Assembly (NCBI RefSeq): GCF_001194135.2
Contig: NC_068981.1
Location: forward strand, 59,055,127 to 59,119,126
Direction of reading: 5' to 3'
Length of the DNA: 64,000 bases
From: Octopus bimaculoides
Lineage: Eukaryota
Shown here: piece by piece, positions 39,319-53,397 of the stretch
Numbering within the stretch: position 1 is the stretch's first letter
Layout: each line of letters starts with the position of its first letter
Program-made: the position numbers and the translations under genes
The notes under the pieces: generated by a model
Database searches by the model: none
What the model was told of the DNA's origin: nothing
What the model saw: the letters and a program-made list of their open reading frames with translations, nothing else

Positions 39319-40377
39319 ATGTGTGTGTGTGTTTGTGTGTGTGTGCATGTGTGTGTGTGTGTATTCGTGTATATGTTTCATATATAGCTACACATAAAAG
39401 TATAACCCCGAGACATGTCAACATTTTCAAAATAGATATGTTGTGTGTAACATTTGTTATTTTGCAGTACAGTTTGAGATTTCGATTGTCACCAGTTTTA
39501 TCAGTCGGACGCCTTGGTTGTAATAGATTAGCTGCTAAAGTGTGAGTAGAATGAAATAAGTAATTTATGTGTAATATAGTAGCTAATCCGAAGTGTCATT
39601 TCTGAAATGTAGAATAGTGAATTTTCTGTGAAAAATAATCAAAAATATGTTGTATGCATGAAAGGGGAGTGTTAAAAAGAGAATGTTGTGGGAAGAAGAG
39701 GTACAAGGACTTATTGGTAAACAAAATAACTAAGTACTTTTGTCTTACTCAATTGGAACTCTTGGACATTAAAGACCATTACTTTTCGACCGAAACACTG
39801 ACTATTTCTCCAGGGAAAACTGTAGTGGAAAACACTGATGCATGAATCTTTATAATGCCATTAATATTATTTGGCCAAAAAAGATGTGTGGTCAGTCCAG
39901 ATACTGATATAGGGAAACAGATACAGAAACTCACCCCACACTTGCACATATGCATAAACACACANNNNNNNNNNGCACACACACACTCACACACACACAC
40001 TCACACACACACATACACACACACATACACACACACACTCACACACACACAGACACACACAAATACATCTCTCTCTTCTTATGTATGAGTGTCTATGTAT
40101 ATTTACGGTAATTCTGTTGTTGTATATTAATAATACACACAGACAGACACACAGACGCACAACACACACACACACACACACACACATGTATACACATACA
40201 TATATCTAACAAAGATACATCTAAATATATATATATAGTCTTATAGTGAGACACATATACGCATATGTATCTATATGTTTTACACACGAACACAAGTTCA
40301 TATATACATACACACATAAAGATATCGTTCCTCCCCTCTTCTCCAACGTTCCTCTTCCTCTTTCTGGGTATGTGTAT

Positions 40378-40436
<59 letters not shown>

Positions 40437-41215
40437 NNNNNNNNNNNNNNNNNNNNNNNNNNNNNNNNNNNNNNNNNNNNNNNNNNNNNNNNNNNNNNNN
40501 NNNNNNNNNNNNNNNNNNNNNNNNNNNNNNNNNNNNNNNNNNNNNNNNNNNNNNNNNNNNNNNNNNNNNNNNNNNNNNNNNNNNNNNNNNNNNNNNNNNN
40601 NNNNNNNNNNNNNNNNNNNNNNNNNNNNNNNNNNNNNNNNNNNNNNNNNNNNNNNNNNNNNNNNNNNNNNNNNNNNNNNNNNNNNNNNNNNNNNNNNNNN
40701 NNNNNNNNNNNNNNNNNNNNNNNNNNNNNNNNNNNNNNNNNNNNNNNNNNNNNNNNNNNNNNNNNNNNNNNNNNNNNNNNNNNNNNNNNNNNNNNNNNNN
40801 NNNNNNNNNNNNNNNNNNNNNNNNNNNNNNNNNNNNNNNNNNNNNNNNNNNNNNNNNNNNNNNNNNNNNNNNNNNNNNNNNNNNNNNNNNNNNNNNNNNN
40901 NNNNNNNNNNNNNNNNNNNNNNNNNNNNNNNNNNNNNNNNNNNNNNNNNNNNNNNNNNNNNNNNNNNNNNNNNNNNNNNNNNNNNNNNNNNNNNNNNNNN
41001 NNNNNNNNNNNNNNNNNNNNNNNNNNNNNNNNNNNNNNNNNNNNNNNNNNNNNNNNNNNNNNNNNNNNNNNNNNNNNNNNNNNNNNNNNNNNNNNNNNNN
41101 NNNNNNNNNNNNNNNNNNNNNNNNNNNNNNNNNNNNNNNNNNNNNNNNNNNNNNNNNNNNNNNNNNNNNNNNNNNNNNNNNNNNNNNNNNNNNNNNNNNN
41201 NNNNNNNNNNNNNNN

Positions 41216-41261
<46 letters not shown>

Positions 41262-41271
41262 TCTCTCTCTC

Positions 41272-41302
<31 letters not shown>

Positions 41303-41514
41303 ATGTATATATATATATAGACACGTAGCTGGAAATGACTTGAAGTGTAATAAACTAGATGGCGTTGCAAAAAGTTGCATGAAGTGTTGACACAGAATTG
41401 TCAGGCAGATAATTTACAAGATTAATGAAAGAGTGCTCTATATGTAACAGCGAGATGAGGCAGTTATTCAATAGAATCTTGTCCATGTATTTTAGCCGTG
41501 TTGATAACACAAAT

Positions 41515-42405
41515 TATCGCTTCTAATTTAGGCACATAGCTTGATATTTTGGGAGTGGGATTTTGTCGATTTCATCAACCCCCATTGCTCATTATACTTA
41601 TTTCATCGGCCTCGAAATGATGAACGGCAAGGTCGACCTCTGCAGAATTTCAGCTCAGAACGTAAAGATAGACGAAACGCTGCTTAGCATTTTGTCCGGT
41701 GTACTAACGATTTTCCTAGCTCGTTGCCTTTTTCTACAAACGTTATAATGGTTTCGAATTTTGGCACAATGCCAGCGATCACTAATCTTAGCACGCACCT
41801 GGTACTTATTTTCTCGACTCCAAAAGGATGAAAATTCGACCTCGGTGGAATTTGAACTCAGTACGTAAAGACGGAAGAAACGCCGCTAAGCACTTTACCC
41901 GACATGCTAATGATTCTACCAGCTCGCCGCCTTACCTTTTTTCTATAATAGTAATAATGCTTTCAAGTTTTGGCACAAGGACAGAAATTTCGGTGAAGGG
42001 AAAGGCAAATTAGATCGAGCTACTGTCCCCTGGCAGTAATATTATTGACCCCGAAATGATGAAAAGCAACGACGACCTCGGTGGAATTTGAACTCAGAAT
42101 GTAAGGACGGACGAAATGGCCGCTAAGCATTTTGCCCAGCGTGCTAACGATTCTGCCAAATCGCTACCCTTTTCTATAAAAGTAATAATCCTTTTTACTA
42201 TAGGAACAAGGCCTGAAATTTTGGTGGAGGAGGTGAGTCGATTACATCGACCCCAGTGCATAACTGGTACTTATTTCATCGATCCCGGAAGGATGAAATG
42301 CGTTGTCGACCTTAGCGGAATCAGAACTCAGAACGTGGAGACGGACGAAATACTGCTAAACATTATGCCCGGCGTGCTAACGACTCTATCAGCTCACCAC
42401 CTTTT
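41515..42405 (-). mobile_element. Four SINE-A copies in head-to-tail array
   Basis: Copies at about 41515-41731, 41748-41932, 41955-42168 and 42187-42402, each with GAACTCAG...CTAACGATT on the plus strand. Confidence 0.88.
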
Positions 42406-43038
42406 TCGAGAAAAGTAATAATGACACATCTTGTATCTCGTTTCCTTGAACGTTTGTGGTTGACTTAATCTGTCGTTCTGTTTATCATCACTACCTGACA
42501 TTTGAGTGTCTCTAATGAAGCCCGCTGTGTTTCAAGCATTCAGGCCAAGTCTGTTGTCCGAAGATACTTTTCTTCTTTCATCCCTGTTCCTTGTATCAAT
42601 CTGAGATGGTTTGTACAGGTTCATGGGTACTGCTTTCCCTTCCAATTAAGTGATACAAAGCGCAGGAATAAGTGTAAACGAGCCTGCTTTTATGAGAGAC
42701 TGCGCGCATATGAATACGTATCTCCATATGTGTATAAATATATACACATGAAGTATATAAATGTTACCGTATGCTTTTATGAATACATACGTGTCTGTGT
42801 GAGTGTGTGGATGTGGAGTTATATGTATGCGAGCATATAGATAATTGTAGTAGTAGTAGTAGTAGGAGGAGGAGGAGGAGGAGGAGGAGGAGGAGGAGAG
42901 GAGGGGGTGGAGGAGTACTTGTACCAGCAGCAGCAGCAGCAGCAATACCACCNNNNNNNNNNNNNNNNNNNNNNNNNNNNNNNNNNNNNNNNNNNNNNNN
43001 NNNNNNNNNNNNNNNNNNNNNNNNNNNNNNNNNNTACT

Positions 43039-43154
<116 letters not shown>

Positions 43155-43345
43155 CGGTTCCAAATTTTGGCACAAGACCAGCAGTTTCAGGAGTGGGATA
43201 AGTTGATTACATCGTCCCTAGTGCTGGACTGATACTTATTCTATCGACCTCCAAAGGATGAAAGGCAAAGTCGGTGGAGTCTGAATTCAGGACGTAAAGA
43301 AGGATGAAATGGCTGCTAAGATTTTTTTCGGCGTGCTAATGGTAT
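43155..43345 (-). mobile_element. SINE-A after a (CAG)n(CAA)n array
   Basis: GGTTCCAAATTTTGGCACAAG...GGATGAAAGGCAAAGTCG...GGCGTGCTAA. Confidence 0.8.
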
Positions 43346-43419
43346 GTAATTACTATCATTAACGGTATATAATTACTATCATTACGTAACACGATGGTTG
43401 ATTTGTTCTCACTACTTAC

Positions 43420-43570
43420 ATTCACAATTGAAATTCCGTCGATATCAACTTTGACTTTCATCCCTCCAGTGTCGATAAATTATAACACCAGCCAACGTAC
43501 TGCAGATTATATATAATCGACAGTTGCCGTCCTTCCAGTTTCAGGCCTTGCATCTACATTAGAAACAATA
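43420..43570 (+). mobile_element. Older SINE-A copy, opposite in orientation to 43155-43345
   Basis: GAAATTCCGTCGATATCAACTTTGACTTTCATCCCTCC...CAGGCCTTGCATCTACATTAGAAAC. Confidence 0.6.
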
Positions 43571-43715
43571 AATACAGATATTTGCGAAGAGGAAACAGTC
43601 AATTAATTTAATTTATCGACACCAGAAGATTCAATAGCAATGTGTAACAACATACACGAATAAACATTTCACCGCCAGGTATTTTGTCCGCCACTCTATT
43701 GATTCTAATATCCAA

Positions 43716-43753
<38 letters not shown>

Positions 43754-44859
43754 ATGGGTGTGCGGGCGCGTGCATGTGTGTGTGTATGTATAACTGTTGA
43801 ATACTTTAAATACTTAATGCATTGAATTATTATCCTTTTCTAATATGATAAATTATTGAAAATATCTTATTTGGAATTAAGCTTTTATATCACTTGGTCG
43901 AAGATATGCGCCGTCTTATGTAGTTCTGATCTATAAGACTTAAGGCAGTTCATGCAGCTTTTCGAATATGTTTTCATTCTCATGGATAACAGACCCTTAT
44001 ATTGTTTGCTATATACTTATGCATATTTACATGTTCCTATGCCTCGATATCTATCTATCTATCTATCTATCTATCTGTCTGTCTGTCTGTCTGTCTGTCT
44101 GTGTACATACATAAATGGAAATATGTACAGAAATATGTACATACAAATGCATATATAGGAATACATCTACAGATTCCATGTTTTACTCTCTCCCCATCAC
44201 ACTCGCACGTAAAACGTGTCCTCTACATATAGAGGCTAACTGTGATTAAATTTGCCAGATGGCTAATGCGCATTTGCGGATTACAGCAATAGTATTAAGT
44301 AGAGGTCAATGACCCAATGTTTAGCACTAATGGATCAATAAAAAGCTGTACAGCTTTTTATGACGATGCACTGTAAGAAGAGGGATCATGGTCTCTTTGA
44401 AATGAAGCTTACTTCACAATTTGAGCTAAATAGATGCTGTCTTTTTCTCTCTCCCTTTCACATGTTTCATGTTTCATTGGAACAAGGTTACAAGGATCTA
44501 CGGCTTGTCTATATCTGTTTATGACTACTTGGGTCCCTAAAACCAAGAGAATACATGGTGCATGATAATGAACTGTTCATTAGTGCTAGAGAAATGGTTA
44601 ATGTGGTAGTCTTAAGAAGTTCGAAGCTGCTAACCGGAAATAAACTTGTAATTTGCGTGTGATGGTCTTGGGTCTGAGGAGCCTGAGATCTTGTTTAAAT
44701 AACCAATCAGCCGTATCTTTGGATTGCGATGCTTGCTCTTATTCAGGGACGTGCCAATAAAAGGAAGGCTATCTCTCCCATGCTTCTTAACATAACCCAA
44801 ATGATGTAACATGTGGGTTTCTCATTTCTAGAGTTAATATAAACTAGGAAACATCAAAT

Positions 44860-45772
44860 TGGTTTTCGATTATGAATGTTAAAACGATGTTATTGGATGC
44901 AGTCCATTCTAGAGGTACCGAATGATGGAAATCTGCGCTAGTTCATAGGGCATTAAAATGATATAATATCCCTACACTTTCAGAAACATAGCCGAGAGGA
45001 CAAGGAGGGTTACGAGAACAAAACCACAGCTTATTCTGGTTAAATGAACAAGGGCTGTTAAAAGATTAATAATGGAACTTGAAGCGGGACGAAATTCAGT
45101 CCCCTGCTGATTCTAACAAAGTAAAGACATTCTACATCTTATGAGAATGATATATGGCCCCCAGAAATATGTCAACACACCGATAAAGTGCAAGTATGGG
45201 TCACGTCTCTATATCGAATAAAACGATATTACAAAACGTTTTCATGGACGTTTTATTGAGGTACTAAGTTGGTATATATACCATGTAAGCCTTGGAAGTT
45301 AGAAAACAACTTCTGGCCAGAAGATAATAGATTAGATATGTTGCTGAAAACTGCTACCCAAGAGTCAAAATTGAAGAACGCTTTTGATTTTGTTAGCATT
45401 CCTACAAAAGCCTATAGTTACTGTTCAGAAACGTGATGCAGCAGTTCAAACTTGAAGAGATACTCGACAAATTAAATGCAAGGAAAATTCTCCTCAGGCA
45501 ATTGCAAAAAAATATTTGAGCAAATTCTTCCCGAAAATCAATGTAGGTTTTATATGTTGAGGATTACCATAGACATGGTTTACACCTTGCAAAAAATTCA
45601 AGAAAAGCCATCTGTCAACGGAGTCTTATTCAATGATTTGACAAAGGTCTCTGACATTGTATCAAGAGAGATCTTATAGTCACAACTCAAAGATATAGGT
45701 TTCTAGACAAATCTTTAAAGCTGGTCAGCCATTACACTCACTCACACACGCACACACTCACACACACACACA

Positions 45773-45821
<49 letters not shown>

Positions 45822-46650
45822 CACACACACATGCACATACGCATGCACGCATGCACGCATGCACGCATGCACGCATGCACGCATACACGCACACACTCAC
45901 ACACACACTACACGCACACTGGACACACATTTACACACACACACACGTAATTGCTACGTTTATTGTACTGGATCAGTCAATTTTACAAAGAAAAACATTT
46001 GCTGAATACGCATTAGACCGATGGTTGCCATTGGCCCATGCAAATCAGTTTGTTGTTTGTGATGCTTATCTAGAAAATAATATGAATGTTATTGGCTTTT
46101 GCAGCTACAGTGGAAGAGAATATATTTAAATTTATCGTTCGATTATCAAAGGAATCTACTTTGCAACACATACCATTTTGACTGGTTATAGAAATGAAAT
46201 GGATCGCAGTTGTTCAGAAGAGAAATGGATAATATTTCCGATTCCTGCTCAACCGAATTACTGGTTGTTTTCAGATTTAGAATACTTTCATCAATCATAA
46301 TCTGCAGTTCCTTGCTCTGTTGTTAAAAGGAGTAGATTATCTGAGAAGATATCTAAGAAGTTCTATACGATGCACCCTATCGAATAAATTGAAAGCATAA
46401 TTAAACGCATGCTATGGCAAACATTCTTCTATAAAATAAGTATTACAAGAACACTAGCAGAAAGTATGAATTGGAACAAGAAAATTTCTCCTCAAATTAA
46501 ACTACTTGAAAACTTTTAATCCAACATTTTATGCTTGGTGAGATTCTGAGACCACTCTCCACCTCCTCAAAACAAAGAAAAAGCAACAAGGCGTTCAAGC
46601 AATGCTCCCGGCTTCTATATAATTGAGTTAACACACGGGAGTTTTGTGAG
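44860..46650 (+). mobile_element. Old RTE LINE, heavily deleted and split by a microsatellite at 45.73-45.95 kb
   Basis: APE endonuclease start: MNVKTMLLD...KSALVHRALK*YNIP.LSET...FW. RT: ILPENQCRF..RITIDMVYTLQKIQEK...FNDLTKVSDIVSREIL. Weaker downstream RTE motifs to ~46650. Confidence 0.7.
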
Positions 46651-47198
46651 ATTTAGTTAATCTGAAATCACTGCAATTTTTGCTGTTAGTGATGATATAG
46701 TCAAGCAGGTGCCAATTACCAGACCGGAAATGCTTCCAGGTGTTGCTTCTATGTGTTTTTTAATTTTTCATTTATCTGCCTGCTGAAATACTGTTTGTGA
46801 TTATTAGACCGAACTGTTGACAAAAAGGCAGCAGTCGAAAACTGCTTGCATTCATCTTTCCTGCTCCATGATTTCCTATTACTTTTCAGCACACTCTGTG
46901 TTTGTTGACTCTTTCATGCAAAATTCCATGGATTTAAAAACCAGGAAATCCGATCGATGATTTTATTTCTTGAGGATTATATAAACCCAATATTCCAGTC
47001 TACTATAGCAGTATTTAATGCCTGAACTATTTTTATTTACATATTTTGAAGTTGCTCCCCTATAATGATTCTGAAATTTTGTATATCTAAATAGGTATGT
47101 GTGTTTGCCTTTATACTGCTTTATGTATTTATGCTCAATTATATGTAAAAGGTATACATAGTTAAGTGAGTATAAATAAATATATATATATATACATA

Positions 47199-47371
47199 CA
47201 GGGTTGGCCAAAATTCACCTAATAGTAAATCGAAACCATATAATTCCAAGATATATTTATGTTTAACAACTGAATGAGTAAACTAAAAGCATCTAAATAT
47301 GAAACATCATGAATTACAGATAGTATTTATGGAAATTTGATTTACTGTCGGGGGACTTTTGGCCAAACCTG
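47199..47371. mobile_element. Tc1/mariner MITE, 173 bp, TA target site duplication
   Basis: TA|CAGGGTTGGCCAAAATTCACCTAATAGTAAATC ... GATTTACTGTCGGGGGACTTTTGGCCAAACCTG|TA. Confidence 0.88.
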
Positions 47372-47400
47372 TATATATATATATATATATATATGTATAC

Positions 47401-48134
47401 AGGACGTAACCAGCTGTGAAAACAACATATAATACGTAGACAAGTGAGTTAAATACGTAAACAACGAGAGAAAAAAAGGAAAACAAGACAGGTAAACACA
47501 GAGAACAAGACAACTTCATCAGTTGTTGGCTGTCTATCTACTCCTCATTTCGAGCATTCAAAGACAATATGAGTCTTCAAAGACAGTTGCTTTCATAAAT
47601 TCTAAAATAGAATTTAGGATTTATGAAGAGAGCATAAACAGGACGGTGGAAACATACAAGGAAACCGAACGAAAACAAACATGGAGGGTCGTTAGACGAG
47701 AACAAAAGATAAATAGTGAACGCTGGGAGAAAGTGAACGCAGGAAAAGAAAGATGGTCACGTGAGGAAAGGAAAGATGGACAATGGTGACGTGTGAGCAA
47801 CGAGAGGGAGAGAGAGAGAGAGAGAGAAAACGAGAAAGAGGGGGAAAGAGAAAGACATATAGAAAACGGTGAAAGAGAGATGAGAGAAAAAGGGAATTAG
47901 AGAAGGATGGAGGAAGAAAACAGTATAGAGTAGAGTTACATCAAAAAGGTGAAGGTAAGCTTACTTGGAAATGGATGCGTGGCGTTCAATTAAATAATAA
48001 TAATAATAAATAATATATATATATATATATGCATGTATGGGTATAGGACATCACCAACTGTGTAAACAACATGAAATATGTAGACAACCGAGTTAAATAC
48101 GTAAACAACGAGAGAAGAAATGGAAAACAGGACA
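47401..48134. repeat. Repeat with ~90-bp terminal direct repeats (pLTR-like; Penelope-type?)
   Basis: 47401-47492 matches 48045-48134 (AGGAC...GAGTTAAATACGTAAACAACGAGAGAA...GGAAAACA.GACA.G). The second copy is cut by the RTE fragment. Confidence 0.55.
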
Positions 48135-48920
48135 AGTTATCTGTGCTTAATTGGAGTCAAGTTGGAATGTTTCATACCAGATATAGAGGTTTTGCGCATG
48201 GCACGTTGCAGCTCAATTGAACATGTTATCTTGACTCAAATGAGATGGGTCGGACATGTTATTAGAATGAAAGACGAGCGTTTGCCAAAGCGTCTTTTTT
48301 ATGGTGACCTTAACTCTGGTAAGCGACCACAACATAAGCCGAGTAAAAGGTATAAAGACTGTGTGAATGAAAATCTGAAAAAACTAGATATGAACAAAAG
48401 TGATTGGGAAAATGATGCTCTAGATCGGAACAAGTGGAGAGGTGCTGTTAGGACTGGTTGCAATACCTAGGAGGAAAAGATGATTCAGCACTCTGAACTT
48501 AAAAGAACCTGTCGCAAAGAAACAATTGGAACTGTAATCAACAGTGAACAGTGGATATGTATTATATATTGTCAAAAGCAGGATACGTGAATCATATGAA
48601 GTCGCATGAAAATCGTAATGCCCAGATAGGTAATGATCTTGGACATCAACCACGTCTTACGACTTTTATCATATATTAAAAAACTTGTAAGGCAATATCT
48701 GGAGTTAAAAGACATATGCTAGTTCACAAAAACATTCCTTCAGAATTAGATTCCAAAGGGCACAGATATAGAAGAAACTTGAATAATATGTCACTTGTGT
48801 TTTAAAACTTGTCAGTTTGTATCTGGTCTTAAAAGTCACCGAAAGGCTCATCAACGGAGTGATTGTACTGTGTGATCGGATGTGGTGTGTATGTTGAGGT
48901 GACGGCTGTCATCTCTCAAG
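48135..48920 (+). mobile_element. RTE LINE 3' fragment with three C-terminal C2H2 zinc fingers
   Basis: QMRWVGHVIRMKDERLPKRLFYGDLNSGKRPQHKPSKRYKD...DRNKWR, then WIC..SKAGYVNHMKSH, ..KAISGVKRHMLVH and ICHLCFKTCQFVSGLKSHRKAH. Ends GAAGCAATC(AT)n. Confidence 0.85.
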
Positions 48921-48946
48921 ATGAAGCAATCATATATATATATATA

Positions 48947-48998
<52 letters not shown>

Positions 48999-49043
48999 NN
49001 NNNNNNNNATGTGTACTTAAGTTTTTAATAATTCTTTATATAA

Positions 49044-49079
<36 letters not shown>

Positions 49080-49658
49080 TATGTGTATGTGTGCATGTAC
49101 AACTGAATGTGTTTGTACATATGTGTGTCTGAGTAGGATTTACAATGTATATATGTGCGTGTATCTCTACATGCTTGTATGTGCGTGTGAGTATATATAT
49201 GTATGCATATGTGTCTATAGATACACATATGTATGCGTTCGTTTGCACAGATTTGTATGCATGTGTATTTATATTGTGTGAATATGTATGTGTTTTTATA
49301 TGTATTTAGTTATGTGTATGTGTTTATACTTGCTTGTATATGGACTAATGATTGTCTCCGTGTTGTCTGTATTTATATTAATAGGTATAAGAATATATAA
49401 CTTTGTGAGTGTAGCTGTGTACTTTTTAGCATATTAATGCTTATGCGTATGTTCTATGTAGGCGTGAGTACTGTCTTGGTTTCACGGCAGTTCAAAGATA
49501 TTTTGAGGCGTACTCAGAAAATGTGATTAGAATTAACTTTTTAACCCCATATGAAAATTACTGTTGTTCAGTACTAGCATTTGGTTTAATCTCTATATCT
49601 TCAGCCGTCTTTCCCCTGTTGAATTCGTTTATATGTACTTTTATATACTATTTAACAC

Positions 49659-49730
<72 letters not shown>

Positions 49731-49737
<7 letters not shown>

Positions 49738-49811
49738 TCACTCCTCGGGTTCGAACTCGGAATCTTGGGGTTAGTTAGCCCGCGCTCTTAATCACTACAC
49801 CATATGCCCGT
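49731..49811 (-). mobile_element. tRNA(Arg-ACG)-like SINE head (family C) followed by (TAA)n
   Basis: ACGGGCATATGGTGTAGTGATTAAGAGCGCGGGCTAACTAACCCCAAGATTCCGAGTTCGAACCCGAGGAGTGACCTGAATAAT. A box, B box and an AAGATTCC.GTTCGA motif as in tRNA-Arg(ACG). The acceptor and anticodon stems are broken, so this is not a tRNA gene. Confidence 0.8.
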
Positions 49812-50272
49812 ATTTGCAACTATTTTACTTCCTCTCCTTATGCGTTCCTTTTTTTGTTGTTATCACTAAGAATGGCCAATTCACCGAACTTAGATGCAGC
49901 CCCTTAATAAATATGAAACAACATTTATTTATCTTTACTGACCATATTAAGCTAATCTTATTTAGTCTCGATCTTTTATAGTTTGTATATATACAGAGAA
50001 AACTTTTGTATGTATACTAAGAGTTGCCGCATCGATGTAACCATTATTTTCTGGTGACTGGTTAAGCTAGCTTTCTTGATCTACACTGATTTATAAATAG
50101 ACAATTATACTGTATACTACGTGGTATGCATATCTGTAGAGTCATGTAAATGTAATTTATTATACAATGAAATTATTATTACATGAACAAGACAGCGAAA
50201 CGGCCGTAACCCTGAGGATGACAAGTGGTTAAATAAAAATATTTCCCTATCATACCGTCTGACTTTCTATGG

Positions 50273-50342
<70 letters not shown>

Positions 50343-50375
50343 CACACACATGCACGCATGCACACACGCATACAT

Positions 50376-50700
50376 GGTGAAGGTGCGTGGCTTCGTAGTT
50401 AGAGTATTCGGCTAACGATCATAAAGTTGTTGAGTTCAAATCCCGGCGACGCGTTATGTGCTTCAGCAAGATATTTTATGACACTTTGCTACAGTCCACT
50501 CAACTGACAAAAATGAGTGGTACCGGATTTCAAAGGGCCAGCCTTGTCACATCCTGTGTCACGTTGCGTCTCCCTGAGAACTATGTTAAAGGGATGCGTG
50601 TCTATTGAACGCTCTGCCCCTTGCACGTTAATATCATGGGTAGGTTATCCCGTTGATCGGATCAACAGGAGCCGTCGTCGTCGTAATCGACAGAGTGACA
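50376..50700 (+). mobile_element. tRNA-derived SINE (family D/E head)
   Basis: GAAGGTGCGTGGCTTCGTAGTTAGAG (A box), GAGTTCAAATCCC (B box), CTTCAGCAAGATATTTTAT. Confidence 0.7.
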
Positions 50701-50983
50701 TCTTACATTGCTGGTTATAATGCACTTCACATCATTTTAGCTTTGGAATGAAGGCATTCCGCTGGCAAACATTTTCCATATAACATACACACATTCATAG
50801 ACTATATTGTGGGGAAGCCATTTAATTACATATGAAACTGTTAAATTCAAAATTAAGGTGAATTTAAAAGCTGTGTGTATTTCTAAATAGCTCTCCTACA
50901 ATCTAGTTGCTTCAGTAGGAACGCACATTCTCAGTCAATTGCTAGACATGTGCAAATCTCTCTCTCTCTTCTTCTCTCTCTTT

Positions 50984-51024
<41 letters not shown>

Positions 51025-52682
51025 NNNNNNNNNNNNNNNNNNNNNNNNNNNNNNNNNNNNNNNNNNNNNNNNNNNNNNNNNNNNNNNNNNNNNNNNNNNN
51101 NNNNNNNNNNNNNNNNNNNNATATATATGTAAAATGCTTTTTATTGTTATGTTCAGTTATAATAAAAAAAAACTTTTACATTAATCTAATGGGTCTTACA
51201 GTATACTTTTTTAGAGAACAAATTTATTGTTCTTATACAAGAATATTGCTGATAGTGACTTCGAAGTTTCGGTCACTATACTGCACCAGTTCAGTAGTTG
51301 AAGAATGGATAACACTCAGTAAGCGAATAAACGGAGACAAAATACGAACGGCTGTATCAGCTTATCTAGCTCGACCCAAATTGATTACATATGAATATAC
51401 TTCCAAAAATGAATATGTACATACTTATAGGTTTGCACATTAATAGATATGTCTGTATGAATGGAATATGCAACCGCTGTATGTACATGTATTTTTGTAG
51501 TTTAGTCATTACATACGTAGGTGTGGGTTCTCAAAGATGCATGGATGAACAATTATATTCGTATTTGGAGGTAGAAGAGCTTGAAATAGCTTAATAAAAC
51601 ACTGATATTAAAACCCAATATAAAATTTGCTATAAACACATGATATACTTTAATACTAAAACAAATATGTATACAGTTCTGTATATGTATGTATATGTGT
51701 GGGTGTGTATGCATGTAAATGTGCATGTGTGTGTGTGTGTATTGACGTATGTGTGCTTATGTATGTTTGTGTGTCTTCATTTCTGGGTTTATGAAATTGC
51801 GCGCATACAAACGTACAAGCATACCTCTGCCACACATACACACACATATTGTATATATGTACATGTGTAAGATGTTTAAGATATGAGTATATATATATGT
51901 ATATGTGCGTGTGTGCTTGTGTGTGTGTGTGCGTGCGTGTGTGTGCGTGTGTGTGTGCGTGCGAGTACACGTTTCATATTAGTATATGCATGTATCTACA
52001 AATATTTGTGCGAAAGTTCATTCTGTGTGCACACATGAATCTGCTTAAAGCTGTGAATGCTTCTCGTTCTGCCTGTTCTTTGCTTGTTTGTGTACACACA
52101 CAAACACATATATACACATTCATATACAGAGAAATACACGCATGCTTTTCAATGTAATTTGTTAGCACACATGCATCTGCTTAAACACGGAAATGTTTCC
52201 ATGCGTGTGTATGTGTATGCAAGTGTGCGATTAGAAACATGTGTGAGTTATGTTCATATATCTGATTAAACATCTGAATTCTTTTATGTATGTATATGTG
52301 TGTCTCTCTCTCTCTCTCTCTCTGTTTGATATTTGTAATTTTCTTTGGTGATCAAAGAGAAATTCTTCCGATTCTTAGGATATAATTGGACATTATACTT
52401 TTCAAAGAATCACAGTATTACAATGAACATATAATTGAATATACTATACAAAAATAATGTATTTACAGATATTCGTATACCCAGACGGCCGTATTAGGCA
52501 AGTCTTATGCACATTTAAGATGATTTGCTATTTTTCTTAGTCTATGACGAACGGAAGATGAAATATTGTGGCGTTGGCGGATTAGCAGTGTGTTGTGAAA
52601 TGATGCTGAGTAAATCGAGAAACGTAAAAATGCTTCCTACGCTATGAGTAGCTGTTTTGGATCTCTTCCGGTTTCTTACACG

Positions 52683-52731
<49 letters not shown>

Positions 52732-52959
52732 ACATGTACACAACAAGCAGCGCTATGTTTCGATTTCTCTTTCAGTCACATCAGTGAATAAGTGAAGGGA
52801 AACAATTGCACCTATAGCACTGTTGTAATTACAGCTTTGGGCTATTTCATAATATTAGCGAAAAGTCAGTAAACACGACTAGCTTCATCAGTAATTACTA
52901 CGACTTAGCGTGAGTGTTTATTTAAACTGATATTCAAAATGAGAGAGAGACAAAAGAGG

Positions 52960-53021
<62 letters not shown>

Positions 53022-53397
53022 AAGTGTATCTTACAACAAATTATGAAAAATTCAATGAACAACAGGTATCTTTTTGCTCATTCTGAGTCTATTTGCACAG
53101 TCTGGTTAAATGTGCATTTATTAAATATTCACATGTAAACAGATTTACATGCTTACCTACTAATACGCATTCGCAGTACTGACATTGTAATTAACACAAC
53201 TAGTGTCTGCTTTTCACTGTAATTTTCCTAAGTAGCTACATGTCACACGCTTTTTCTCTCTGTAGGATGGATGAAGTTTGCACTCCTTTCTTTTGGCTGG
53301 AAATAACCTCGGAAACTTGTAGAGTATTGCAGAGAATGTCTCGTGGTTTAATCACTAGCTGTTTACAACCTCATTCACCCCACCCCCCCACATTCAC

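Noticed and set aside
49731-49811. Functional tRNA gene (also 59714-59790)
   Set aside because: Acceptor and anticodon stems do not pair, and a TAA array follows directly. These are SINE heads.
51250-51280. Hairpin with GAAAC-TTCGAAG-TC (hammerhead-like stem III and GUC) on the minus strand
   Set aside because: There is no CUGANGA core in the required position. It is explained as a simple 8-bp hairpin ATAGTGAC/GTCACTAT.
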